Assembly (NCBI GenBank): GCA_951406725.2
Contig: OX597818.1
Coordinates: 65,782,001-65,846,000 of the forward strand
Reading direction: 5' to 3'
From: Octopus vulgaris
Lineage: Eukaryota
Length of the DNA: 64,000 bases
In this document: positions 42,257-55,348 of the stretch, piece after piece
Layout of the letters: each line of letters starts with the position of its first letter
Numbering within the stretch: the stretch's first letter is position 1
Position numbers and translations under genes: made by a program
Notes under the pieces: generated by a model
What the model saw: the letters and a program-made list of their open reading frames with translations, nothing else
Database searches by the model: none
What the model was told of the DNA's origin: nothing

Positions 42257-42356
42257 TATATTAGCCAATTCATAGTGTCCAATCTGGGAACAAACTGTCA
42301 CAAAGCAAATATCGTGAAGTTACTATCTTGTATATATCCTTCACATTATAACAGAG

Positions 42357-42734
42357 TGGTCTGTTTTTTTTTGCCGTTTCCTCCCAGTTAGTGAAGTCGA
42401 TGTCACACTTTTTGAGGTTCGTTTCCAAGGAGTCCTTGTAGCGTTTCTTCTGGCCTCCTTTTGTACGCTTGCCGTCTTTGAGTTGGGAGTAGAAGATCCA
42501 TGAGGGAACGGCGACTTTCGAGTCGAAAATGTCTGCAGAGCTGGAGGAGAAAAGACGACGACGAAAGGAGCGCCAACAACAACCGGGTGCGACTCTCCCT
42601 TCCGGCACTAGATGTCCGCACTGCGACCGATCTTTTCAAGCAAGAATTGGTCTTATCGGTCACCTACGGACTCACCAGTAAATTTGCGCGAAGGCCATCA
42701 TCCTCAACCTTGAGGGATTGCCATCATGTATCAT
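42357..42734 (+). mobile_element. RTE-clade LINE 3' end with a 5' inversion
   Basis: Minus 42498-42352: IFYSQLKDGKRTKGGQKKRYKDSL...WEETAKKNRPL. Plus 42496-42681: IHEGTATFE...CPHCDRSFQARIGLIGHLRTHQ*, then the RTE-type tail ATCATCCTCAACCTTGAGGGATTGCCATCAT. TSD ATTATAACAGAG at 42345-42356 and 42735-42746. Confidence 0.9.
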
Positions 42735-43977
42735 ATTATAACAGAGCGATTCAATTTGTTTTTGAATTAGGATGCTGCTTATGGGTAGTTTATTCTCAAA
42801 GGTTAAATATCGAAGATGCTTTTTTTATCTTCTTCGTCCGGATAGAAGTTTACTCGGTGGGAGGAATATACTATTAAGCATGAAATATCTTCCGAATACT
42901 GGTAACAGCGTGGATTCTCCGCTAAAGGGTCACATGGTTGTTGTACGGTGGTGCGAAGTTGGGCGAGAAGCTAAGTCTACCAACCATGGTAGGATCTGAA
43001 CTCAGAGCCAAAAAAACAAAACGCGACAAATGTTGCGAAACCTTGAAATTAAGAAATAGGTTTTAGTATTTGATATACCTTGAACCGGTAACGTTGACAT
43101 GTACGCTTCCACTTAAAAAGTAAGAATGTAAGCAGAATAAAACCGTGGGAAGGTACTAAGAGTAAACTGGTAGCGTACGGCATCTTTAATGGAAATAGGT
43201 AAACGTTTAGAAGAAGTAAACTGTCAAAAATTTTGCTTTGAATTCCAGACATAAAAAAGTACTTTATAAATTTATTTGGTTTCAGACTTATATAATACAA
43301 AACCCATAAACTTTTATTCATCGCTGTACAATACTCATACATTTATGAATAGAATGCAATTGCATTCCTCAGTGCACATTAAATATCTCATGAAATGAAT
43401 ATCCGGTCAAATTCAGTGTTTTACAAAACGGAGTATTTTCACTTGACATCGTCTGTTGCTATAATTATATATTTAATTATCGATTAATGACGAGGGTACG
43501 GGCATCTCCTACAATATAAATCATTAATGCCAGGTTTATATGACTCGAAGTAACGTTTGGTGATATTCTGAAACATGCAACAAAGACAAAGCTTGGTGCT
43601 GCAAACAGTAGAAATTTCAGCTAAAATATTACGTAATTAAACGTTTTTAAATATTTTATTCTGTAGGGTAAGTTCAAATATCTCCATTTACCTAGCAGAC
43701 AGAAACGATGAATTTAGTTTTATATCTAAAAACAAAATAAAAGAAGAAAAGAACTACCAATAATGATAAATAAATATTATTCTATTTTTTTAAAATGCAT
43801 ATTAAGGTGCATAAAAAGAATAAATAACTTTGCAAGCTATAATAAAGTTGCAAATAATTAACTGTTTTAGATGGTTTATAACTGCCACTTATTGCAACAC
43901 GTAAAGAAACGGGTAATGAATTGAAGGATATGTGAGTGTATTCTGTGAGTTCAATATTTGCAGTAGGTTCATTTATA

Positions 43978-46068
43978 AACAAGAGTATTCAGAGAGCGCA
44001 AACTTCCTCCAGGGCAATACCAATGTCCTTAATTTTTTTTATTCCTCTCAAGGGGTAAACATACGTCGCTTGTGGGGTCACAAAACAGGAAAAAACAAAA
44101 AGGACAACGTATGAAAACATGCAATGACAATTGAAAATGAAAAATGGAATGAAGCTACTCGGCCCCACCTCCGACAACCTTCATCTATACCTTTCTTCCT
44201 TTGAACTTTATTCCCTTATCTATCTCCACGTTGTATTCCTCTACGAGGTCTATGTAATCCACAGCCAACGGTAACTTATCCCTGTCAATGTCTAGCCCAC
44301 AGCAAGTGTATCTATATTTAAATTTTTCGACCCTTGCCCTTTGTTCCCCCCATATCAACAAGCGTATATACCACACCATCACATTATCATATTTATGCCT
44401 GTTTACCACTACTAAATCTTTCCATGACATCATTCGAGATTTCCTTTTACGGTTCGAGTTATTACATATAATTGCAAAGCAACAGTTTTCCTTAGCCAGG
44501 GGGGAGTGGGAGGAGTTTGGGGGCTTGTGTGTGAATGTGTCTTATTTTTTTTGTGTTTTGTATCGGAGGGGAGTGGTTAGGTTTGGTGCATGTGCGGGAG
44601 GGTGGGGCAGAAAAGGTGTGGATGGTGGGTTTGGGCTTTAAGTCTGTATCACTTTCCTTCTCCCGCTACTGATTTTTACTGTCTGCTATGTCTCACCTTC
44701 CTCACCTTCCTTCAGTGTTGCTGATTGCAAACTCTCCTCTTCTCTCGCCGGTTCCTCCCTGGGCTTCTCCTGGTTCTCTTAGTTGGCGCTCTTATCAGCT
44801 CGCTCTGATATGACCCTTTAGGCTCCATTTAAAGCATCGAGGAATTCTGCCCTCTATCCTCACTCTCATTGCTACTTCATCCACTCTGATAATCTCAATC
44901 ATGTTTTCCAGGACATCCACGGAGGCGTGGATTGTCATCTCAAACCTTTGTCCTCTCCACATTTCACTATGTATTTTTGTGGCCTGGAGAACCGTTATGT
45001 CGACCTCTTAATCCAAGAGAACAGCGGCTACTATCCAGGCTACATCTATCTCTGGTGGATTTCTTCAACTCTGACTCTCGTTGCACGACCTCCCAGGTAA
45101 GTGGGTAGAAGCACTAATTCTCCATCCTTGATAGTCCTCGCTACTTACTTCTCAGCAATTCCTTTGAACCTTGCTTCTAATTTTCCAAATATTGTTATTC
45201 TTGGAATGTATACAATGTCCTGCCAAATTCGCCTCAATGCTTTTTCAGCTTGCCCTGTAGTTATCATATCAATTTTGTCTGCTTTTATCGAGTACGTTTT
45301 ATACGATATTGTTCTTTCTCTTAAGTCTTTCATTGTTTCTTGCCGGAGGGGGTCAATTCCACATTAGAACCGTCCTTACTCATCATTTTCTGATAGTTTG
45401 CAATTTTTTCTATGTCTACTTCGTTGTCTTGGCGTCTCGCCACATATGCGAACTTTCTGTCTTCCTTCATGTTCTCGTTCATTTTCCCAATGACTTGCAA
45501 CAATTCGTCTTCGGAAGAAGAGAACTCAGAACCACTGAGGTCTGAATAGAACATTTATAGTTTTTACTTTTTCCCATTGGGCCAACTCTCCTCATAAAAT
45601 GATGGAAAGCACAAACATACTGCCGCAAGGCAGCACAAAACAGTCATCACAGTGTTTAAAAAAAACTGACACAAAATTAAATAGATATGAACAATATGAA
45701 CAACACTGAAAATTACAAGCTGCAAAACACCCGAGGCAACACCAACGTCCTCTCAATGGTTAGCCAGGGATGATGTTTTAAATGAAAATATCTGAAATAA
45801 ACTGGATTCCTCTCACGAAAGAGAATACTAAGAATCAACCCAACCGTTCTCAAAAATTAAGTATTATGAAAAACAGGACAAATAATCCAGAATCCTTGTC
45901 AGGTACCGGATCGATCCCAAAATCTAATCATTGTGTGCCAGTCACGAGTCAAATCTTCACTGAAAGTTTCATCCGAATCCATCCGGAGATATCTTGTCCA
46001 CGGACAAACATACAAAACTACAAACACGACAGAAAACAATACCCCGCTTTCGCTAAGGCGGAAGTAAT
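43978..46068 (+). mobile_element. Helentron/DINE-1-like non-autonomous element (43978-44029 plus 45735-46068), split by a retroelement insertion
   Basis: 5' part AACAAGAGTATTCAGAGAGCGCAAACTTCCTCC; 3' part with GACAAACATACAAA repeats and terminal hairpin TACCCCGCTT-TCGCT-AAGGCGGAAGTA. The halves are joined through the duplicated 17-21 bp. Family assignment is from memory of such termini. Confidence 0.5.
44030..45734 (-). mobile_element. ORF1-only polyadenylated retroelement (HAL1-like; Tx1/L1-type ORF1), decayed
   Basis: Minus strand has a roughly 160-bp leader, a disrupted reading frame at about 45577-44185 with a decayed CCHC knuckle RCFKWSLKGHIRAS* (44836-44795), a short 3' UTR, and AATAAA plus an A-tail at 44043-44033. 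TSD GGCAA(T/C)ACCAA(T/C)GTCCT at 44013-44029 and 45735-45751. No RT or endonuclease motifs seen. Confidence 0.7.
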
Positions 46069-46609
46069 AAATAGCTGAAGAATGCCATAAGTCATTTGCA
46101 TGTCATAATACAACCTATCATTGTGTCAATCTTTGAATGACGAGAGACTCTTTTGAAAGTTGCTGGCAACATGCTTTTCGCTGTAATTTTACTTTCATTA
46201 GAGCATATATTTAGAGAAGGGTAGAAGTTCATTCTTCGTTAATAGCGTTATTTGAAATTCAACATCTCACATATAAAACTTTAAAAACGCGTTTAGTTTA
46301 GAATAAATGAATCTCGGCCACAATTTATATCTTTGAGTTTTCAGCTCTGTATATTCTACAGCTACTTGCAACTCGAACGTAATTCTGAGACGTGATCAGC
46401 GCGGCACAATGCTACCGGACAGATGCTTTAAATTATGCAGACAATCTAACTGACAGACTTCCCCACAGTTTAAGCGTTTCTGCTAGTGACAGCATTGACC
46501 GGTTTGGGGGCACAAAAAACATGGCACTTGCACTAGGAACGAACGTGGGAGTTGTGTACTGTGAAACGAGGTTTCTGACGATTAAGCCAAACTGCAACTC
46601 TGTCCTTTC

Positions 46610-46832
46610 ATTCTTTTACATTTATCTTTCTTTCAGTCGTTTGACTACGGTCATGCTGGGGCACTTGCACACGCACACATATGCATTCATATATTTGACA
46701 GGCATCCTTCAGTTTTAGTCTACAATGTGAATTCACGAGGCTTTTGTCCGTCCGAGGTTATAGTAGAAAACACTTGCCCGAAAACAGTGGGAGCGATCCC
46801 GGAACCATAGGATTCGGAAGCAAACCTCTTAG
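46610..46832 (-). mobile_element. Degenerate SINE family A-related copy
   Basis: TTTCAGTCGTTTGACTACGGTCATGCTGG...TATAGTAGAAAACACTTGCCC...CCCGGAACCAT. Confidence 0.6.
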
Positions 46833-49800
46833 CAATCCTCTCCGAGTGTACAATACTTTTATCTAAATCTTGCTTATAATACTCGCGTTGGTTCTTATAA
46901 TTCAGTGGAGCTGTAGATGCAAAAGATTAATGTCAAAGTTTACTTGCGCCTTCGTTGAACGCAGAACAGAAGAGGCATAAATTTAATTCACAATTTATTA
47001 TGTCCATTACTTTAACAAGAATTACAATTGATAAGTTTATTCCTTGTGGAGTCTCTACTACATATTATAAGATTTGTTTTCCTCGGGAAATTTGAATTTA
47101 TGTTGTAAATACATATATTCATATAGCGTATGAAGACCAACAGAACAGATGATTTGTGTGAGTCGATTTGTCTATGAGAACATGAGAGATATACAGCTAT
47201 AAGATTTGATTTGCAACATTAGATTACAGATACACGCAACAATATAAATATGTATGAATATATGTGCATCTCTAGGTATATCGGTATTAAAAGAGAACAC
47301 TTCATTTCCTGAGGTGATTATACAGTGATTAACGCAAGTGATAGAAACTGCAAGATTTCAAGTTTAGCTGAAAATGACATTGATTGGCATAATGTTATAT
47401 CTTATCCTATGATTTATACAAGTGAATTTAATTCTATAGTAATATACATAAGCTATGTATCTCTGATAATGTTCATACAAAAGTCTAGACAACATAAATT
47501 TCAAAAATATACTCTCTCACCCACTGTGCATAATAATTCTTTGTGAAAATATTCAAGAGCTGGTTGAGATTTTGTGTTTATGAGCGTGGAATGTAGTCAC
47601 ACATGTGACATAAGTTTAGTCTGATATTCAACAGATATGCAGTACGCTATCGTGAATACAAATGTTTTAACAATATTATACGCCAATAAACTACGCTAGA
47701 ATACAACAATATCAAACTAAATATGTCATAGTTTACCTTTAAGAAGTAAATATTTCTTGGTTCTAACTTTCTCGAAAGAATATGATATCATCTGCAATAT
47801 TTAAAACAAACGAAAGGAAATACAAGTATTATGGCGGTCATTCTTTGTTTTTCAGTATGTGTTTCGGTTTATCTGATTAAACATAAGTGAAGCATAATTA
47901 TAGAGAGATCGATTTAACGTCACATCGAAATATGTAGAAAATGATTGTGTGGGGAGGAGTGAGGATATATATAATGGAAAAACGTAGAAATCGAAATATC
48001 TCTGAAGCTAGAGACTTTAATCTGTATAAAGTAATACAGAGGAACACCAAGAGATAGAGAATTAATATATCATCACAAAGGTACGCACACATATGCATGC
48101 ACACATACATACACACATATATTTATCCTTTCCTGGTCTATTCATTTGTTTAATTTGAAAAGCAAGATGATGTTATATGAAAAATCAGGAGGTAGAGAAT
48201 ATGGGAAGTTCGACGCCAATATTTTAACGGGAAGTATTAACTGAAGAATATAACAAAATTAGAGTTACGTCTCTTTTGGCCGTGGAAGCAATATTTAATC
48301 TACTTGTTGCAAAATAGCTCAAAAGAGATCCCTTTAAAATTTTGTGAGACAGCCGCTCAGTCTAGAGAGAGTGTTATCCTCCAGTTTGCTAAGAGAATTT
48401 TGTCCATATGCTTGCATTTGCTGAGTTTCAGTTGTAGAATGGAATAGTGCGGTGGAAAAAGGTTAGATCTGAAAAGAATGCTCGATCTTTCAACTACGCT
48501 GAAATGGATCTGTGCAATTGAACATTTGCGTAGGCGAAATATCTCTTTAGATCTTAGAATTCAATTGCTCTCCTTCATTCCAGATCCAGGTACTTCTTTT
48601 TAATGAATTCTTTCACTCAAGCGATATTATACGTTATATTTATTTACCATTGTTCTGCTTTTATGTGTTGTTTGTATGTTAAAAGTTAGTGTTGGTGTGG
48701 TATTGCTTGGAAAACTCTTTCATTCTTCTCAATAGTGACTTGTGTTTTGTAAGTCTGATTTGTTTTCCGGTGAGATAAATGTTTTCTTAATGAATATAAA
48801 TTTGTTTCACATGCATTAATGACACAAACTGAACACTTTTACGTAAGATTTATAATGTTTCATTATTGGTACCAAGAAGTCCCAGTTTCAGCTATAGCGA
48901 ACATATCCATGTTTGAAATATTTATGTCAAAATTGCGAATGTAAGGATGTTTTTTTCCTTGAAAGTTACTGCTGTATCTCTTAGTACTTTTTCAATATTC
49001 TGCAATAAAACTGTTGTACATATTTGCAATAATATCATAGTGGAATTGTTAAATTTGAACTGATCCTGTATTCCTAATATTTGAAGATAAAGCAATCTGT
49101 AATGCTACTTTGCTAACAATATTCGGAAGTATATTTGAAAGAAATAACAAAGGAATATAGTGAAATAATCAAGTCAAAAGATTAAAGAAAATGTTTGTTT
49201 ATCTCTTTCCCTGAGCAGTTTCTGGAACTAAATAAACGAGGAATTCATCGTATTATGAATATCTTATTAACATCTAACCATATATCAGTACTACTGAAAT
49301 GAAACACAAGGGTTTTGTCAAAGCTTTCGAAAACTTAAGCACCAGAGATTACAGAAAATTGCAATATCAAAGATATCCCTAGGCAATATAATTACCTTGC
49401 ACATTGCCATGCTGTACATAATCATTGTTTCATGTAAGGTGTGCACAATATATTCCAGCTAATGGTTATTTCTAGAATGTAAGGATTAGAATGATAATAA
49501 CTCATGTTCGCCTTGGATGTTATAAGTATTCAACTTAGTTTATGGTAGCCAGTAACAGCTTTATGCATACTTCCTAGCTTTGAACACATCCAACACTTGA
49601 TAAGAGAATGCTTATTACTCTGGATGGAACAAAGTTTCTTTAACTTATTCAGGTATGTCACATAACTTCCCATAAATTCACAATTGTGTTGGCATCCAAT
49701 CAAGTCTCACTGAACCAAATGTATCTGGGCTTAAATTGACACGTTATTATATATATTTTTTATTTAAAGTTGTTCTCTTTGAAGTCGATGGTATGAAGAT

Positions 49801-50368
49801 AAGTTGAAGAGTATGTAGATGCGAGAATATATTATGACGGTTGTAATGCTATTATTATTTCTTTGACACTGCGATCAGTGAAAGCCATAGATATACAGCA
49901 ACGATTATTTGAGTTGCAATTGGAGGAGCGCTATAGTAAATATAACATCATTTATTATGTATGAGTGCCTTTCTGGTCAGTCCAGAAATATCGTTCAGGC
50001 CTTATGAAAAAAATGAAATAAAATAAAGAGAACATGATAACCAAATAGAGTCTGATGAAAATGATAATTTAGTGAAAAGGTAATCTAACATAAAAAAATA
50101 CCGGCCTGGATTTTCACATACATACATCAACACACACACACATATACATACATACACACACATGTATATATTCATATATCGTCTCTGTATATATATTTAT
50201 AAACATGTTCATATAATATATATCTGTTTTATACATACCTATATGTATATATATATCATATCTCACACGCTAGCTCTCTCTCTCTCTAACACACACACAC
50301 ACACACATGTATATATTCATATATCATCTCTGTATATATGTATATAATCCTATCCATATAACATATCA

Positions 50369-50419
<51 letters not shown>

Positions 50420-50714
50420 TATCTCCCAATCTCACACCCACGCTCACAATCATACACTCTCGAACACACACACACACACTTAACAATATATTGTACGAAT
50501 TTTCCTTACAATAATGCATTACTCATAATGTGAGGAAATGCATTTATCAGACTTCTTCATCTGCAATTTTTTTGGCCATTCCTACTTCACTAATATGTTT
50601 TGTTTCCCTGCATCATTCCCGATCCCAATTCTGGCTTTCTCATAAAAACCTGTTTCGGAAACTCTCACTTTTCTTCTTTTGTTTTGTTTCCCAAGAGAGA
50701 CAGGGAGTGTGTGC

Positions 50715-50770
<56 letters not shown>

Positions 50771-50780
50771 CAGAGAGAGA
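50715..50780. repeat. (GA)n microsatellite
   Basis: Directly visible. Confidence 0.95.
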
Positions 50781-51559
50781 AATGAGATGGAAAGAAAGAG
50801 ACCGCTCAACAGTATTTTTGCTATTTACTCCCAATTCATACGTAGATATGGTATTCTTTTCCATCCAGCGGTCGGGCAGAACACAGTATCTAATACAAGT
50901 TAAAATGATTTTATTATTCTGAATGTGTTACAGTAAAACTACATTTGTTGGTGGATAAATAATCCCGTAAATAAATGTGTGCAATAATATTGGAAATGTA
51001 TTTGATGTTCAAGTATATTGTCACATATATTAGCTATTGCCTGACAATATGCAACCTGAATTTTCGTTACCTATTCGGTGACAGTAATAAAGCTAATGAG
51101 AGACAAAAAAACGATGCTGAATACTGTGGCATCAAATATTATTTTCTGTGCTGAATACTTTAAGCAAATGCAATTCCGAATCTATAAATCGCAAACTATA
51201 TTCCATAACGAAATATGAAGAATTAATTTAAATATAACGAAGTCATTTTTGAATTGCAAATATGCGGTAAGTGAGCAGACAATGAGATTTTCCGGTGGTT
51301 TCTTAATTTCATTCCCTTCGTGCGATTTATAATATTTTGAAAATATCTCATATCTCTAGTGAATGCATTAAATATGTTAAAATGAACAATGAATAAATTT
51401 GTAGTGTCTTCAACACCCGAACTGTCCAAACTTTATATGCTTTCGTAATGTATCCTCATATCACTCACAAGTCTAACGTTTTTGAGTTAATACATTTCTG
51501 AGTTAATAAAACGATATTCTTAAAACACCTTACGGGATTCCTCGTTCTACGAACATCTC

Positions 51560-51860
51560 TATAGTTTTCTGAAAACAACTCATTATCTTTGAATCACTTT
51601 CCTCCGCCTCAAACCCAGAGCTCTCATATTATATAGATTTGGACTATGCAATATTAAGTAAAGCATTCGACCGCATCTCTCATTTGAAACGGTTCAGTTG
51701 CCGAAATTCGTGCTCCGTATGTCTTGCTTCGGAATGCTTTTAACGATTCGTGTAAATCGTGTTGTATATATGGAGTGTTCAATCTGTGTCTCATTCTTTT
51801 AAGCACCATCTGCCACAGGTCTCATTTTCTTCGATCAAACATCTTATACTCACCCATGAC
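51560..51860 (+). pseudogene. Very old CR1/Jockey-group RT fragment
   Basis: IDLDYAILSKAFDRISHLK (about 51633-51690) resembles the DxSKAFDxVxH motif. A PQ motif lies downstream near 51810. Confidence 0.4.
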
Positions 51861-53151
51861 TTCTTTAATATCATTTACATGCCCATTATACGCACATCGC
51901 ACTATACACCGCCACACTTGCGTAATGTTTTCTAACACTGCAAGCATCATCCACTCTCAATACAGACACCATATGTTAAATTCATATTCAGTCTTTCATT
52001 CAAGTCCATAGAGATCATTTTCCCATCGCTGTATAAAGATACATGCATATGTACACATACATGCATTCACACACACATACACACACATATATACACTTGC
52101 TTGTCTGCAAAATATACAAACAGCTAAAGAGAATAATTTTCATTTTGTAATATGAATGTTTATACTGAATGTATTGTTTTCCTAAACGAATAACTGTTTT
52201 TCTAGTTGTTACTGTCTAGTTCTCTCTCTCTCTCTCTCCACACACATGCGCACACAGACATACACATATACACGCACATTTGTGGACACATAAATACACA
52301 TCTTATCTTTTGTAAGACAAGGAAACATAAACCTCACTCGTATCGCAAAATATTTATCATTATAGAAGTGATGTTTTTTAAATACTACATTGGGAATCAT
52401 AGTAAAAATGAATGGACACACATAGGTTATAAGCGTATCTATATTAAATACAACTTTATAACTAACTTCATTCTTTAAATGATAACGAAACTTTGCTCAA
52501 ATGCAATTATATATTCGGCGCTATGAATCCTTATATCGACTGTACTATTAATCTCCACGTATAAATGTCAGAACAAATTCTGTGAAATTTCAGACGTTGA
52601 CACATAAAGCTATTGGCAATCTTCCCGTGAATGTACATATACTTGGCCTAAATTCTACATTTAATATCAATGATGCACAACATTGTAGAAAATTAAGTAT
52701 GGTAAATAAAATTCCATAAATATGTACGTATTTCTCTCCTTTCTCTCTCTGTTTAAACACATACACACTCATACATATATGTATACATATTTACACACAC
52801 ATATATATATATACATATACATTGTCAAACATATACATACATACATATATACGCACATATATATTTTGAAAGTAAGAAATATTTTATCAGTTTAACGCCT
52901 GACAAGATGAGGGACATGGGTATGAAATATTTCAGAGACCACTCCTTCCTCAGCAGCAAATTATATTATTAAAGTGGATTGTGAAGGAGGATATAAAACA
53001 GACGGAGAAAGGAATCAAGGACGGCATAAAGAAGATGAAAAATGTTCAAATGAGAAAGGCTCATATCGCAGAGGATAGTGTAATGGAAATTAGAAAATTA
53101 GAATCAAGTGTGTGTTACAAATGTGTTAAAATGCATTCTAAATTATACAGC

Positions 53152-53153
<2 letters not shown>

Positions 53154-53238
<85 letters not shown>
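53154..53238. repeat. (TG)n microsatellite
   Basis: Directly visible. Confidence 0.95.
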
Positions 53239-53240
<2 letters not shown>

Positions 53241-53332
53241 GTAGACTTTAGAATACATTTCAACTCATACCAAGAAGTTCTAATTTTTACTTCACTATCG
53301 CTTGATCTAATTCAAATCCCCTGCGATGAGAT

Positions 53333-53395
<63 letters not shown>

Positions 53396-53630
53396 TGAGA
53401 GAGCGAGTGAGAGATAGAGAGAGAGAGAAGATAAATAGAGGATAGAGAGGGTAGAGAGAGGGAGGGGGAGGAAAATTGAGAGAAATATAGATTCAACGAA
53501 AGATAGATGAATAGATAGTTAGAAATACCGTTTAAAAAAAGATAACTTAAATACCAAGACTAGAACAATTGAGCGAAATAGATCTCCACATCCAGTTCTT
53601 CTGATTTCTAAGTTGCAGCTTATCAGACAG

Positions 53631-53713
<83 letters not shown>

Positions 53714-53803
53714 GAGAGAGAGAGAGAGATAGGTGTATTTGCATGTATTTAGATATGTATATATGTGTGTGTGTCTGTGTACGTGTACATATATATGTAT
53801 GTA

Positions 53804-53834
<31 letters not shown>

Positions 53835-53837
<3 letters not shown>

Positions 53838-54670
53838 ATCGTGTCGGGTGTGGAATCTTCGGCCTCCTTCGGCGTTACAAATGTCACAAAGCAAGATTTT
53901 GTTCCCACTCTTCATTACAGTGGTGCTGAAGTATGCTTTTGGAGACATACAAATTGGTGGCAAATTCCAGTTTCGAACAAGTTGTGGATTATACAATCAT
54001 CAGCGATTAAAAACCAGAACACTGCGAAGCATCAGTTATCATTCTTGATCTACTTTTTTCAGATGATACTGCACTAGTAGCGACGTCCTTTAAGATGGCG
54101 CAGGAACTTCGAGAGAGGTTTTCTGCTGCAAGTACGGTCTTTGGTTTGACCATCCGCATAAAGAACACAGATGTAATCCACTAACCTTGTCCTACACCTA
54201 AAGAAATTCGTGCTAACAAGCATGGCCATTAGTTCACAATTTTTCCGACTCTCGTGTATAGGTTGATGGGAGAAATGTTTATCATATGAAGTCATTTATA
54301 TATCTTGGCAGTAAATTGCATCCGCACGCTTCCCTTGATGATGAAACTGTCAACCAACATATTTAGGAAACCTCGTCATCGCCTATGAAATGAAAAGGAC
54401 ATCAAACTTGACTCCAAGGTACATGAATATAAAGCTGCCATTCTTAGTACTGTCTTGTATGGCTCAGAATCGTGGTTACTCTATAGCCGACATATTAACT
54501 AACTAGACATCTTCTACAAAGTTTGTCTGGAAGCAATCTGTGGTTACTCGACAAAAGACAGAGTTTATAATACCGAATCGTGCTAATCGTCTACGTGTTT
54601 CAAGCATTTCAAGTGCGGAGTTGACATCTAGCAAAACGCTTGAAACTCAAGAATACCAAAGAACTGGAAT
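53835..54670 (+). pseudogene. Old RTE-clade RT fragment
   Basis: Motifs in order: FGVTNVTKQ..VPTL, FRTSCGLYNHQRLKT, LLFSDDTAL (FADD-equivalent), FIYLGS, KAAILSTVLYGSESW. Frameshifted. Confidence 0.75.
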
Positions 54671-54744
54671 CAGAATATTTTGTTCCATACATGTGACTCC
54701 CAATAAATTTGTCGAGTGGCCTTCTTTTTTTTTGTCCCCTCATT

Positions 54745-54789
<45 letters not shown>

Positions 54790-55348
54790 TTGTGTGCGTG
54801 TGTATAAAAAGGAAAAAAAACGAAAGGAAAGGGAAAAGAAGGAAGGGAAGAAAAGAAAAAAAAGAAAGTAAACAGAGAGACTTTCAGTAAGGACCATATT
54901 GCACTTATTTCTTGAAGAAGTCACCATCCTTAAACCCATTTCTATACAATGGTAAATGACTACCTGAATAAATGAATATTGAATAAGATGGGTATCCCCT
55001 TCCCTTCCTCTCTCTCCTCCTCTCTGTACCTACCTATCTACATTTCTATGTATCTACCTACCTATCTATCTATCTCTATTGTCATGGAACCTCACCACAA
55101 TAAACAAAAACAACGTTCTCCTCTTCTTAACAAAACCCCACAAACGACATCTGCTTTATTTGAATGAATAATTCGTTTGTACATTCACAAAATTCTATTT
55201 TAAGTTCGTGAAAGGCACGAAAGCGCTAATAATAATGTATAGATAAAAATATTCTTTTCCAAAATTCTGGCGACCTGTTTCCGCAATATGCAATTACTGT
55301 ACACCACACCTAAAACTATATGAATATATATATATATATATATATATG

